A DNA stretch of 64,000 nt, taken from positions 2,524-66,523 of the forward strand of contig JAWBOH010000001.1 in NCBI GenBank assembly GCA_038826715.1. The letters are read 5' to 3'. Positions 53,280 through 62,108 of this stretch are shown piece by piece (position 1 is the first letter of the stretch; the number at the start of each line of letters is the position of its first letter). The translations under genes and the position numbers were made by a program. This stretch comes from Candidatus Bathyarchaeia archaeon (GTDB lineage Archaea; Thermoproteota; Bathyarchaeia; Bathyarchaeales; Bathycorpusculaceae). Under the pieces are notes generated by a model. That model was not told the DNA's origin, ran no database searches, and saw only the letters and a program-made list of their open reading frames with translations.

Positions 53280-53855
53280 CTAGATCACCCCTTTGGAACT
53301 TGGCACACCTTTTCTTCGAGGGTCTATGGTTATTGCCTGCCTTAATGAAAGGGCAAGAGCCTTGAAGGCTGCTTCTGCCTTATGATGATCGTTGGCGCCG
53401 TACTGAGCCCATAAGTGAATGTTCGCTTGCATAGAGAAGGCTAACGTCTCAAGGAAATGATAGATGTCCTCACAGGGCATGTCCTCTATTTTTTTGCCCT
53501 TAAGCTTTAAGTCAATTTTAGCGTATGGACGTTTAACCAGGTCAACTGCTGAAAAAACAAGAGAACAGTCCATTGGAACTGCGGCAAAGCCGAATCTGGC
53601 TATTCCTTCACCGTTACCTAAAGCCTTTCTAACGGCTTCGCCAAGGCATATCGCCAAGTCCTCCACCATGTGATGTTTAAGGTCTCCCTTTACGCGAGCA
53701 GTAATATCTATTAGGCTATGAGCAGCTAAAGCAGTTATTAGGTGGTTTAGAAACGTGACTCCAGTGTCAACCTCTGCCTCTCCCCAAGAGTCAAGATTTA
53801 TTTTCACATAAATTTCGGTTTCCACGGTTTTTCTTGAAACTTCAGAAACCCTCAT
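53280..53855 (-). CDS. hisB: Imidazoleglycerol-phosphate dehydratase (monofunctional)
   Basis: 191 aa. Motifs RKT.ET...V.L.LD, HH..E and NDHH..EA.FKALA. The natural-looking C-terminus is PSSKGVI. Confidence 0.95.
   Translation of the reverse strand: MRVSEVSRKTVETEIYVKINLDSWGEAEVDTGVTFLNHLITALAAHSLIDITARVKGDLKHHMVEDLAICLGEAVRKALGNGEGIARFGFAAVPMDCSLVFSAVDLVKRPYAKIDLKLKGKKIEDMPCEDIYHFLETLAFSMQANIHLWAQYGANDHHKAEAAFKALALSLRQAITIDPRRKGVPSSKGVI
53283..53291 (-). promoter_or_regulatory. Shine-Dalgarno GGGGTGATC serving the hisH ATT codon
   Basis: Minus strand reads AAAGGGGTGATC-TAG-ATT. The GGTGA core lies 5 nt before ATT. The same SD type precedes hisA (AGGTGAT) and hisB (GGAGGATGA). Confidence 0.55.
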
Positions 53856-53874
53856 AAAATCATCCTCCGTTTTC

Positions 53875-54975
53875 TTAAGTGCATATTTCTTTTAAAGCTT
53901 CAATAAGCCTAGCGTTCATATCAGGTAGACCTACGGTTGCTCTAAAACAGTTTTGAAACTTGAGGACTGCGCCTAAGTTTTTAATAATGATTCCTCTCTG
54001 TAACAAACCCTCATAAACTTGATTTGATGTTTTATCGGTTTTAAACAGTACGAAATTTGTTTGGGAGTTAAAGGCTTCGACGCCATTTACACTGTTAAGG
54101 TTTTTTATCATTTTTTCCCGTTCAACTTTTAGTTGTTTGACGGCTTGTTCCACGAGACTTTTGTTGTCGAGAATTTTTGCGCCAACCCTTAAGGCTATGG
54201 TGTTTACTGAGTATGGCAGCCCAACATTTCTCGACAGAGCTTCGGCAAATTCGGTATTAGCGACACAATATCCAAGCCTTAACCCTGCCAAGCCGAAAGC
54301 TTTTGAAAAAGTTCTTAAAACTATTAAGTTCCTATATTTACAAGTTAGGGGCACAACTGAATATTCAGCAAATTCTACGTAAGCTTCATCGACGATAACT
54401 ATTCCTGGAAAACTCTCAACTAAACTTTTTATTTCATCCATCTTAAACTGGTTTGCTGTCGGATTGTTCGGAGAACATAGGAACAAAACCCTCGTCTTTG
54501 GAGATACCTTTGAAAGTAAGCCACTTATGTCTAAAGAGAATTCTGCTTTTAGGGGGACTTCGATGAGTTCTGCTCTTTGGAAGTTTACTGCGTATCGATA
54601 TATGGAGAAGGTAGGTGAAATTGTTAGAGCTTGCTCCCCGCTTTCCAGGAGTAGGCGGACAATTCTTTCAATCAACTCATCGCTTCCGTTTCCAACAGAT
54701 ATATTGTCTGTGGGAACTTGAAGGTGTAAGCTTATCTTTTCCCGGAATTCCTGCTCCTCTTCTTGCGGGTAAAGTCTCGGATCTAGGTTCTCCACGACGT
54801 CAATGATAATTTGAGTGAGCTTATCCCGAGGTATGAAAAAGTTTTCGTTCATGTTAAGTCTTATAATTTTTGAGCGTTCTATACCGAAGCTCTGTTCAAC
54901 GCTTTTAACGCTGCTTCCGAAGACGTATCTGTTAAATTGAGTCTTTTCAATTTTTCGCTTAATCCAGTCGTTCAT
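53875..54975 (-). CDS. hisC: Histidinol-phosphate aminotransferase
   Basis: Class II aminotransferase (NENFF, PNNPT, RTFSKAFGLAGLRLGY). The ORF is open to 55080, inside hisD. Likely start is ATG 54975, or TTG 54987 (SD GGGAGG 7 nt upstream). Confidence 0.85.
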   Translation of the reverse strand: MNDWIKRKIEKTQFNRYVFGSSVKSVEQSFGIERSKIIRLNMNENFFIPRDKLTQIIIDVVENLDPRLYPQEEEQEFREKISLHLQVPTDNISVGNGSDELIERIVRLLLESGEQALTISPTFSIYRYAVNFQRAELIEVPLKAEFSLDISGLLSKVSPKTRVLFLCSPNNPTANQFKMDEIKSLVESFPGIVIVDEAYVEFAEYSVVPLTCKYRNLIVLRTFSKAFGLAGLRLGYCVANTEFAEALSRNVGLPYSVNTIALRVGAKILDNKSLVEQAVKQLKVEREKMIKNLNSVNGVEAFNSQTNFVLFKTDKTSNQVYEGLLQRGIIIKNLGAVLKFQNCFRATVGLPDMNARLIEALKEICT

Positions 54976-56275
54976 TTGAATTTTCAAATTTAAGCCTCCC
55001 TTCAACTGCTTTAAAGTGTCCTGGCAGGTTTTCGGCTTCCGACAAAATTTTGATGGTTTTAATTGCTTCTGATAATTCATCTTTTGGACAATTTACAATT
55101 GCAGTTCTTCTGGTGAAGTCAAGGGAAGATAGACCGGAGAAAATTTTTCCAAACCCGCTTGTAGGAAGTATATGGTTTGTTCCAATGTAATAGTCGCTTA
55201 GAGATGCAGAGCTGTAAGGACCTACTAGGACTAGCCCTGCAGTAGATATTTTTGCTGCAGCCTTTTCTGGATTTTTCATCATCACTTCAACATGTTCTGC
55301 TGCAAAAAGGTTTGCCAAATCAACCATCTCATCAACGTTTTTGCAGAGAATTATGAAACCGTTATTTAACAATGCTTTAACAACTATGCTGCTTCTAGGC
55401 GCGGAATATGCTATGTTCTCAAGCTCTGTTATCACTTCTCTGGCTAGTTTTTTTGAAAGGGTTAATAAGCCTACAATAGAATCAGGTCCGTGCTCGGCTT
55501 GAGCGCACATGTCAAGAGCTATGAACCGCGGGTTTGCTGTTTCATCAGCCAGAACGAGAAGTTCACTTGGACCAGCTGGCAGATCTATGGCAACGTGTCT
55601 AGAAACTAAGATTTTTGCCAAGGTCACATAGATGTTTCCTGGGCCTACAATCTTTTTTACAGGTTTTATGGTTTCGGTTCCGTAAGCCATAGCCGCTATT
55701 GCCTGCGCACCTCCAACTCTGTAGATTTCGTCAACTCCGCATATGTCAGCAGCAACAAGGGTTAGAGGGTTTATTAAACCGTTAGCGCTTGGCGGAGAGC
55801 AAACGGCAATGCTTGACACACCCGCGACCATCGCAGGGACAACTGTCATCAAGAACGTACTTGGGTAGGCAGCTTTTCCCCCTGGAACATAACAGCCAAC
55901 CCTTTCAATTGGATTTGTACAAAATTTAATGCAAGCTTCACCAAGCTTCACATCAAAGTTCACCCGCTCCAGCAAGCGTTTTTCAACAGTCTCAAGTCTC
56001 TTTTTAACAGACTTGACAGCTGAAATTTGGTCTTCAGAAACTTTTTCGTAGGCTTCACTTATTTCTTCGTTGCATACCTTTAAACTTTCAATAGTCAACT
56101 GAACATTGTCAAATTCCTTTGCAAATCTTATCAGGGCAGAATCGCCTTTTGTTTTGACTTCTTTAATTATGGATTTTACATAGGCTTCTAATTGCGCGTT
56201 TGTTCTTAGAAGTCTTTCCCTACGTAGCCATTTTCGCGGTATCTTAGACGCATTCCATATTTTTAGTAGCTTCAT
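54959..56275 (-). CDS. hisD: Histidinol dehydrogenase
   Basis: 438 aa. Motifs YVPGGKAAYPS, GGAQAIAA, GPGN.YV, AGPSE, QAEHGPDS. Its ATG lies 1 nt after the hisG TAG. Confidence 0.95.
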   Translation of the reverse strand: MKLLKIWNASKIPRKWLRRERLLRTNAQLEAYVKSIIKEVKTKGDSALIRFAKEFDNVQLTIESLKVCNEEISEAYEKVSEDQISAVKSVKKRLETVEKRLLERVNFDVKLGEACIKFCTNPIERVGCYVPGGKAAYPSTFLMTVVPAMVAGVSSIAVCSPPSANGLINPLTLVAADICGVDEIYRVGGAQAIAAMAYGTETIKPVKKIVGPGNIYVTLAKILVSRHVAIDLPAGPSELLVLADETANPRFIALDMCAQAEHGPDSIVGLLTLSKKLAREVITELENIAYSAPRSSIVVKALLNNGFIILCKNVDEMVDLANLFAAEHVEVMMKNPEKAAAKISTAGLVLVGPYSSASLSDYYIGTNHILPTSGFGKIFSGLSSLDFTRRTAIVNCPKDELSEAIKTIKILSEAENLPGHFKAVEGRLKFENSNERLD

Positions 56276-56276
56276 C

Positions 56277-57239
56277 CTATTCAGCTTCTTCTAATGCTAA
56301 AACCTGTCTCGGTTCGTAGACGACCAATCCTTGGGCAAGTTTCCGTATGATTGGAAGAATTTTGAAAAAGGCTTCTTTTTCAACCACCGTGTTAACTGAA
56401 CACCATCCTTCATCTGACAGAGGGGCAATTGTAGGCTTTTTTAAAGCTGGCAACTCTTTCAAAAGCATCTCAAGATTCTCTTTTTTAACATTAAGAAATA
56501 TGTGCAGCCTCTTAGAACCATTGACAACCCCTTTCAGCATAGCAAGTATGTCGAAGATTTTTTCACGTTTCTCCGATTTTAAAACCTCCTTGTTTGCTAT
56601 TAGAAATGCTGTAGACTCCATGACTGTTTCAATGGCCTTCAGATTGTTTTGTTCAAGGCTTACACCCGTTTCAGTTACGTCAATTATTGCATCTGCAATT
56701 TCCGGAGGTTTCGCTTCAGTAGCTCCAAATGATAAGAAGATGCTTACCTTTGAATTTTGGCCTTTCCTCCACCAAGGAGTTACAATTAAAGGTTCAATAT
56801 CGCTGAAAAATTTGCGATATGACGGGTTATTTTTGACGTATCCCGCTGTGATATTTAGGTATTCGGCAGATATCCTCACGTTCCTCCCTCCAGATATAAA
56901 TGTCTCTAAGAGTTCTGACAACGAGTTTATGTGACTCCAATTCTTAGGTACAGCAACTACAAGCCTTATTTTACCATATTCAAGGTTCATAAGCACTTCG
57001 ACATCTGCACAGGTTTCCCTAATCCAGTCAATGCCTGAGATTCCAACGTCGCATAAGCCCTCGCTTACAAGAATAGGGATCTCTTGAGGTCTCAAAATCC
57101 TCAACTCGATTTCAGGATCGTTTATTGCTGGCTTGTAACTTCGCTCCTGCCCAGATATCCTGTATCCAGATCGCTCTAGAATCTCAAATGTTGCCTTTTG
57201 CAGAGAACCTGCTGGAACAGCAAATTTCACTTTAACCAT
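56277..57239 (-). CDS. hisG: ATP phosphoribosyltransferase, long form with C-terminal regulatory domain
   Basis: 320 aa. Motifs AVPAGSL, DVGISG.DW, and a C-terminal HisG_C-like segment. SD GGGAGG lies 8 nt upstream. Confidence 0.9.
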   Translation of the reverse strand: MVKVKFAVPAGSLQKATFEILERSGYRISGQERSYKPAINDPEIELRILRPQEIPILVSEGLCDVGISGIDWIRETCADVEVLMNLEYGKIRLVVAVPKNWSHINSLSELLETFISGGRNVRISAEYLNITAGYVKNNPSYRKFFSDIEPLIVTPWWRKGQNSKVSIFLSFGATEAKPPEIADAIIDVTETGVSLEQNNLKAIETVMESTAFLIANKEVLKSEKREKIFDILAMLKGVVNGSKRLHIFLNVKKENLEMLLKELPALKKPTIAPLSDEGWCSVNTVVEKEAFFKILPIIRKLAQGLVVYEPRQVLALEEAE

Positions 57240-57526
57240 TCATATCGCCTCCCAACAAAGAACTTAACACTATTATAGAAATCAAAAAGCAAATATCAGC
57301 ATAAACTAACACTAGACGCTGGCTAAAGCCGAAAGTGAAGGCAATCGCCCCTTGTGAACACAGTCCCTCACTTCACATCACTAGCCTAGAAAAGGATAAA
57401 CCGTTTACTTATAAACTTATCTATACCATCCCACAGATTCAAGTAAATAGTTAACCACTTCTCTTATCAATTAAAAATCGATTGCAATTATACAGTTAAA
57501 AAGGGATTAAAAGGGCGATGGAAAAG

Positions 57527-59134
57527 TCAATTTAAGATGCTTTCAACAACATCTTGTTCTGCTTCGTTTGCTAATGGTATACCAGTAACTTTTGCTGCTA
57601 GTTCTGATAGGCTCATAAGATCGTTTCGGTTTATTAGTCCCAGCTTCCATCTTCTTGCGCCAGCTAGAAGCTGTTTCATCCCTACCCCTATGCGGTCTGT
57701 TAGGTAAGTGTAGAGTGCCACTGCCTCCCACGGTATTTCCCTGAAGCGTTCACCATACCTTGCTTTCAAATCTGTGGTAGCTATGAAGAATTTTTCCGGA
57801 ATGTTACCGTATTTCTCTGCAAAGGATTTTGGCAGCTTCCCCTCTTGAGCTAACTGTTTGAAGTAGCTTGCTTTCATCACTGCTGTTACTGGCGAGCGGC
57901 CCATCAGGACAGCCTTCACCAACGGCCCATCTCCGAAATTGCTTAGGGCTATAGCTTTAACTATTTGGGTTTCGTTTACGAAGCCTCCAGCCATAATTAT
58001 GTCTGGCACATAACGTCCCTTTCTCTTCAGCGTTTGAGCGCATTTGAGAACTAGAGTTTCAAGGTAAACTGTGGGAATGCCCATTTCATCCATCATTGGA
58101 ACTGGACTCATGCCTGTGCCGCCGCTTGCACCGTCGAAGTATACAGCGTCAATTTTTGCTTCTGAAGCTATTTTCATAGTGTAAGCAACTGCGGAAGGAC
58201 GGTAAGCCCCAGTTTTTAGTGTTACATGCTTTGCGCCTTGCCTTCTCAACCATTCTATGTCCTCTACGAAGTCTCTTTCCTTCGGTATGCCAACCCTGCT
58301 GTGTCTTTCAAAACTCTTGAAAACACCGGCTTTAAACGCGTTTTGCACCTCTGGATCTTCAGGGTCAGGAATCACTAAGTAGCCCCTCTTCTTCAACATG
58401 ACGGCTTTTTCCAATTCTTTTATGCGAACTTCTCCACCTATGGCTTTTGCACCCTGACCCCATTTTCTTTCTATAACATTTACTTCAAGTTTTGAAATGG
58501 CATAAACGTCGACGCCTAGCCTCTGGTCTTCAACATTGGTTTGGACAGCTATCTCGCCGTATTTTCCGTCCCAAAACTTTCGGAACAGGTCAACTCTTCT
58601 TTTCAACTCTCTAGAGTATGTTACTTTACCTTGAGTTATTTGTGCCTCTGGATCCATTCCGCAAACGTTTTCACCGACTATTACCATTATGCCGGAGAGA
58701 GCTGAACCTATTGCTAAACCTTCCCAGTTCAGTCTTGCGACATCTGTAGAGCCAAAAGCGCCGCATAATATAGGAAGTTTAAGCGGTACGCCTCCGACTT
58801 TCGTTTCTACATCCACATTCGTGAATAACGCTATATCAGGGTTTTCTTCAATTCCGGCCACTTCAAATAGACCAGCTTGAATGTTGAAATGTGACCAGTC
58901 CAATCCAAAGTCTTTCAACGCTCCTGCAGTGCTGTATCCAAACTGCCCTGGGTCTGGGTATAAAGCTTCCCTTCCCCTGAAGGCTGATAAACCTATCTCA
59001 CATAAAACAGGACAATCACGTACACATATGGGGCACATTCCACTGCTTGGACTGGTATCTTTTACACGTGTAGTTGTGCCCGTTGTTGATTTCCCGTTTA
59101 AATACGAACTGTTTTTAAATACACGTTCAGTCAT
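57527..59134 (-). CDS. Glutamate-synthase-like FMN/Fe-S protein (GltB central-domain homolog, stand-alone archaeal type)
   Basis: 535 aa. N-terminal CPICVRDCPVLCE cluster motif, then a TIM-barrel FMN domain pattern (DGASGGTGMSP, AGGF). Confidence 0.7.
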   Translation of the reverse strand: MTERVFKNSSYLNGKSTTGTTTRVKDTSPSSGMCPICVRDCPVLCEIGLSAFRGREALYPDPGQFGYSTAGALKDFGLDWSHFNIQAGLFEVAGIEENPDIALFTNVDVETKVGGVPLKLPILCGAFGSTDVARLNWEGLAIGSALSGIMVIVGENVCGMDPEAQITQGKVTYSRELKRRVDLFRKFWDGKYGEIAVQTNVEDQRLGVDVYAISKLEVNVIERKWGQGAKAIGGEVRIKELEKAVMLKKRGYLVIPDPEDPEVQNAFKAGVFKSFERHSRVGIPKERDFVEDIEWLRRQGAKHVTLKTGAYRPSAVAYTMKIASEAKIDAVYFDGASGGTGMSPVPMMDEMGIPTVYLETLVLKCAQTLKRKGRYVPDIIMAGGFVNETQIVKAIALSNFGDGPLVKAVLMGRSPVTAVMKASYFKQLAQEGKLPKSFAEKYGNIPEKFFIATTDLKARYGERFREIPWEAVALYTYLTDRIGVGMKQLLAGARRWKLGLINRNDLMSLSELAAKVTGIPLANEAEQDVVESILN

Positions 59135-59266
59135 TTTTCATTCACTTACCTTTTACGCTTAACCTTTTGAAACTAGAGCCATTACACCATAATTCATGAT
59201 ATAAACTTATTGTAAATCATTTATATAGATTGGAAAAGAATAATATAGAATAAATGAAATATAGAG

Positions 59267-60358
59267 ATGAGCATGATGGAAGATCTAGGGCATAGACGCG
59301 TCCAATGTACCGGCAGAGGTTCCTACATAATATGTCTACCTAAAAAATGGGTGCAAGATACAGGATTGAAAAAGGGAAGCGAAATAGCATTTAAAGCGTC
59401 AGATGACCTTTCGCTAATTCTTATTCCAAGCAGTTCAGAAAGAGCTAAACATAACGAAGCAATCTTAAAAGAGTATAAAGTCATTTTAGAATCCAATGAA
59501 GATCTGCAAACAGTTTACCGTAAGGTTAAATCTCTCTATGTTTCTGGCGCTGAACTGATACGTATATCTTTTAGAAGTAAGGGCAGCATGGGATTTAAAA
59601 CGGTGATAAACAACCTTGTCCGGAATACTCTTTTGGGTTCGGAAATAATAGATGAAACAAACAATGAAATGGTCATTCAAATATTAGTAAAATATCCGGA
59701 ATTTCCAGTGGATAGAGCAATAAGGCGAATGTCAATCATAGCCCTTTCAGCACATAGGGACGCTTTAGCAATGTTGAAGAACATGGATAAAAATTTAATT
59801 CAAAACATAATAGATGCATATAACGACGTAAACCGGTTAAACTTATACATCGTCCGTCAACTAAAATTTGGCGTTGAACGAAACTTGTTCCGAGAACTAG
59901 GATTTAAAACTCCTAAGGAATTTTTAGCATATAGAATCGTCGTTAACGATGTAAAGAGTATAGCGGAAAACGCCAGAAACATTATGAATAACATTGTTAT
60001 GCTTCGAAAAATGGTTGAAAATCAGACTCTTTTCGTTAAGGAGATGATAGACGAGGAAATTTACTCGCAGATACTTAAATTTGACTCTTTTGCACACAAA
60101 CTGTTTGAACAGTCTTTAATGGCAACTTTTAAATGGGATTACTTCCAAGCTGACGAGATAATTTCACAAACAGAATCGCTTAGCGCCCTTGAAAACGACC
60201 TCATAAACTTGATATCTAGCAAGAAGTTAGATCCAAACATCTCTGCAATTTTTAGGTTGATTTTTGACAGTTCCAGGAGAATCATTGAATATGCCCGAGA
60301 CATTGCAGAAGTAACTTTGAACAAAACAGTTGAAGAAATAACTTACGGAAAGAAATGA
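59267..60358 (+). CDS. AbrB/SpoVT-like + PhoU-repeat regulator, paralog 2
   Basis: 363 aa. N-terminal GRGSYIICLPKKWVQDTGLKKGSEI, then PhoU-like helical repeats ending in YARDIAE. Same architecture as 21162-22175. Confidence 0.7.
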   Translation: MSMMEDLGHRRVQCTGRGSYIICLPKKWVQDTGLKKGSEIAFKASDDLSLILIPSSSERAKHNEAILKEYKVILESNEDLQTVYRKVKSLYVSGAELIRISFRSKGSMGFKTVINNLVRNTLLGSEIIDETNNEMVIQILVKYPEFPVDRAIRRMSIIALSAHRDALAMLKNMDKNLIQNIIDAYNDVNRLNLYIVRQLKFGVERNLFRELGFKTPKEFLAYRIVVNDVKSIAENARNIMNNIVMLRKMVENQTLFVKEMIDEEIYSQILKFDSFAHKLFEQSLMATFKWDYFQADEIISQTESLSALENDLINLISSKKLDPNISAIFRLIFDSSRRIIEYARDIAEVTLNKTVEEITYGKK

Positions 60359-60427
60359 ATGCGAGTTAAACACTATTTTGAAACATTAATTTGGCCAATT
60401 CACTTTAGAAAATTATGAATTTTTCAT

Positions 60428-62083
60428 CTACGTCCTGAGGCTTCCGCCCGTCCACGCTGACTGCACAAGATGAGAGTAGCGGGCGAGATAGCCCCTCTTA
60501 ACTCGCGGTTCCCTACTTTTCCAAACCTTTAAGCGACTTTCCAGTTCTTTCATGGTTAACTCGACGTTTAAAGCCCTTTTTTGGACATCAATTGATATCA
60601 TGTCTCCATCTTTAATAGCGGCTATGGGACCGCCTTCAGCTGCCTCAGGAGACACGTGGCCTACACATAGGCCTCTTGTAGCACCAGAAAATCTCCCGTC
60701 AGTGATTAGGGCGACCGACTCGCTTAGTCCCATGCCTGCAATCATTGCCGTAGGCGACAACATTTCAGGCATACCTGGACCCCCCTTCGGGCCTTCATAC
60801 CTTATAATTACAACTTCGCCAAGCTGTACACGCCCATCCTTTAAAGCTTCAATTGCAGCTCTTTCCGAATCAAATACTTTGGCTCTTCCTCTATAGGATA
60901 GCATATTCTTTGGCACAGCTGCTGTCTTCACGACCGCCCCTTGAGGAGCAAGATTTCCTGTCAATATTGCAATACCTCCCTCGCTATGCACTGGGTTGTT
61001 TAAAGGTCGGATGATTGTTTGATTCTTAACCCTCGAGTTTTTAATGTTTTCTCCGACACTTCTTCCAGTCACAGTTAAAGCGTTTAGATTAAGCATGGGC
61101 TTAAGCTCACACATAAGGGCAGGGATGCCTCCAGCTGCATCCAGCTCTTCAACCGCATGGGGCCCGCTTGGAATCATATCGCAGAGATGGGGGGTTCTCC
61201 TACCTATATCGTCAAATGTTGAAAGTTGCAATGGAATGTCAGCCTCTTTTGCGATTGCCGTTAAGTGTAAAACGGTGTTTGTCGACCCCCCTAAAGCCAT
61301 ATCAACTGTAATCGCGTTCTCAAAAGCCTCTACTTTCATGATGCTGGAGGCTTTTAAATTATCATGGACCATTTCAACGATCCTTTCGCCGGATTCTCTG
61401 GCTATCCTTAAACGCTGTGCACTCACAGCTGGCGCAGTTGCGCAATATGGTAAAGTCATGCCTAAGGCTTCAGCTACACAAGCCATGGTGTTAGCAGTGA
61501 ACATGCCGTTACATGAACCACACCCTGGACATGCATTATTTTCAAGTCTAATTAACTCTTCAATGCTTAATTTTCCACTGAGAACTTTCCCAACGGCTTC
61601 ATAAACAGATGCATAGCCAACTTGCACTCCATCCACAGTTCCTGAAAGCATAGGTCCACCTGTGACAAGAATTGCAGGCAAATCGAGTCTAGCGGCAGCC
61701 ATAAGCATGCCTGGAGTGACTTTGTCGCAGTTTGAAACCAAAACTACGCCGTCCAGTCTGTGAGCTTGAATCATAATTTCCACAGAGTCTGCAATGATTT
61801 CTCTTGATGGCAACGAGTACCGCATCCCTTCATGGTTCATGGCTAATCCGTCGCAAACAGCTATTGTATTGAATTCAAACGGTGTACCCCCAGCAGCTAT
61901 AATCCCTTTTTTCACCTCATCGGCAATTCTGTTTAAATGCATATGTCCAGGAACAATTGTTGTAAAACTGTTTGCAACTCCTATGAAAGGTCTATTAATT
62001 TCTGTGTCTGTCAACCCTAAAGCTTTCAGAAGCGCCCTGTGAGGCGCTCTTTCCAATCCATTTTTTATTTCGTCGCTTCTCAA
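60428..62083 (-). CDS. ilvD: Dihydroxy-acid dehydratase
   Basis: 551 aa, TTG start. Motifs RAPHRALLKA, CDK.TPGM, GPGMPEML, TDGRFSG. Confidence 0.95.
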   Translation of the reverse strand: MRSDEIKNGLERAPHRALLKALGLTDTEINRPFIGVANSFTTIVPGHMHLNRIADEVKKGIIAAGGTPFEFNTIAVCDGLAMNHEGMRYSLPSREIIADSVEIMIQAHRLDGVVLVSNCDKVTPGMLMAAARLDLPAILVTGGPMLSGTVDGVQVGYASVYEAVGKVLSGKLSIEELIRLENNACPGCGSCNGMFTANTMACVAEALGMTLPYCATAPAVSAQRLRIARESGERIVEMVHDNLKASSIMKVEAFENAITVDMALGGSTNTVLHLTAIAKEADIPLQLSTFDDIGRRTPHLCDMIPSGPHAVEELDAAGGIPALMCELKPMLNLNALTVTGRSVGENIKNSRVKNQTIIRPLNNPVHSEGGIAILTGNLAPQGAVVKTAAVPKNMLSYRGRAKVFDSERAAIEALKDGRVQLGEVVIIRYEGPKGGPGMPEMLSPTAMIAGMGLSESVALITDGRFSGATRGLCVGHVSPEAAEGGPIAAIKDGDMISIDVQKRALNVELTMKELESRLKVWKSREPRVKRGYLARYSHLVQSAWTGGSLRT

Positions 62084-62108
62084 TTTCTTCCCTTCCGTAA
62101 GAATTTAT

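Noticed and set aside
53280-53282. The hisB TAG read as pyrrolysine, or as a programmed read-through producing a HisB-HisH fusion.
   Set aside because: The HisB C-terminus (PSSKGVI) and the HisH N-terminus both look like natural termini. A strong SD sits at the right distance for independent initiation. No Pyl machinery is visible in the window. I kept it only as an alternative under the hisH finding.
57240-57526. 287-nt region upstream of hisG, inspected for a leader peptide, attenuator or riboswitch-like element.
   Set aside because: There is no His-rich mini-ORF. The only stem is a weak 6-bp one (GTGAAG/CTTCAC, ~30-nt loop). The good SD (GGGAGG) just upstream of the ATG indicates an ordinary leader.
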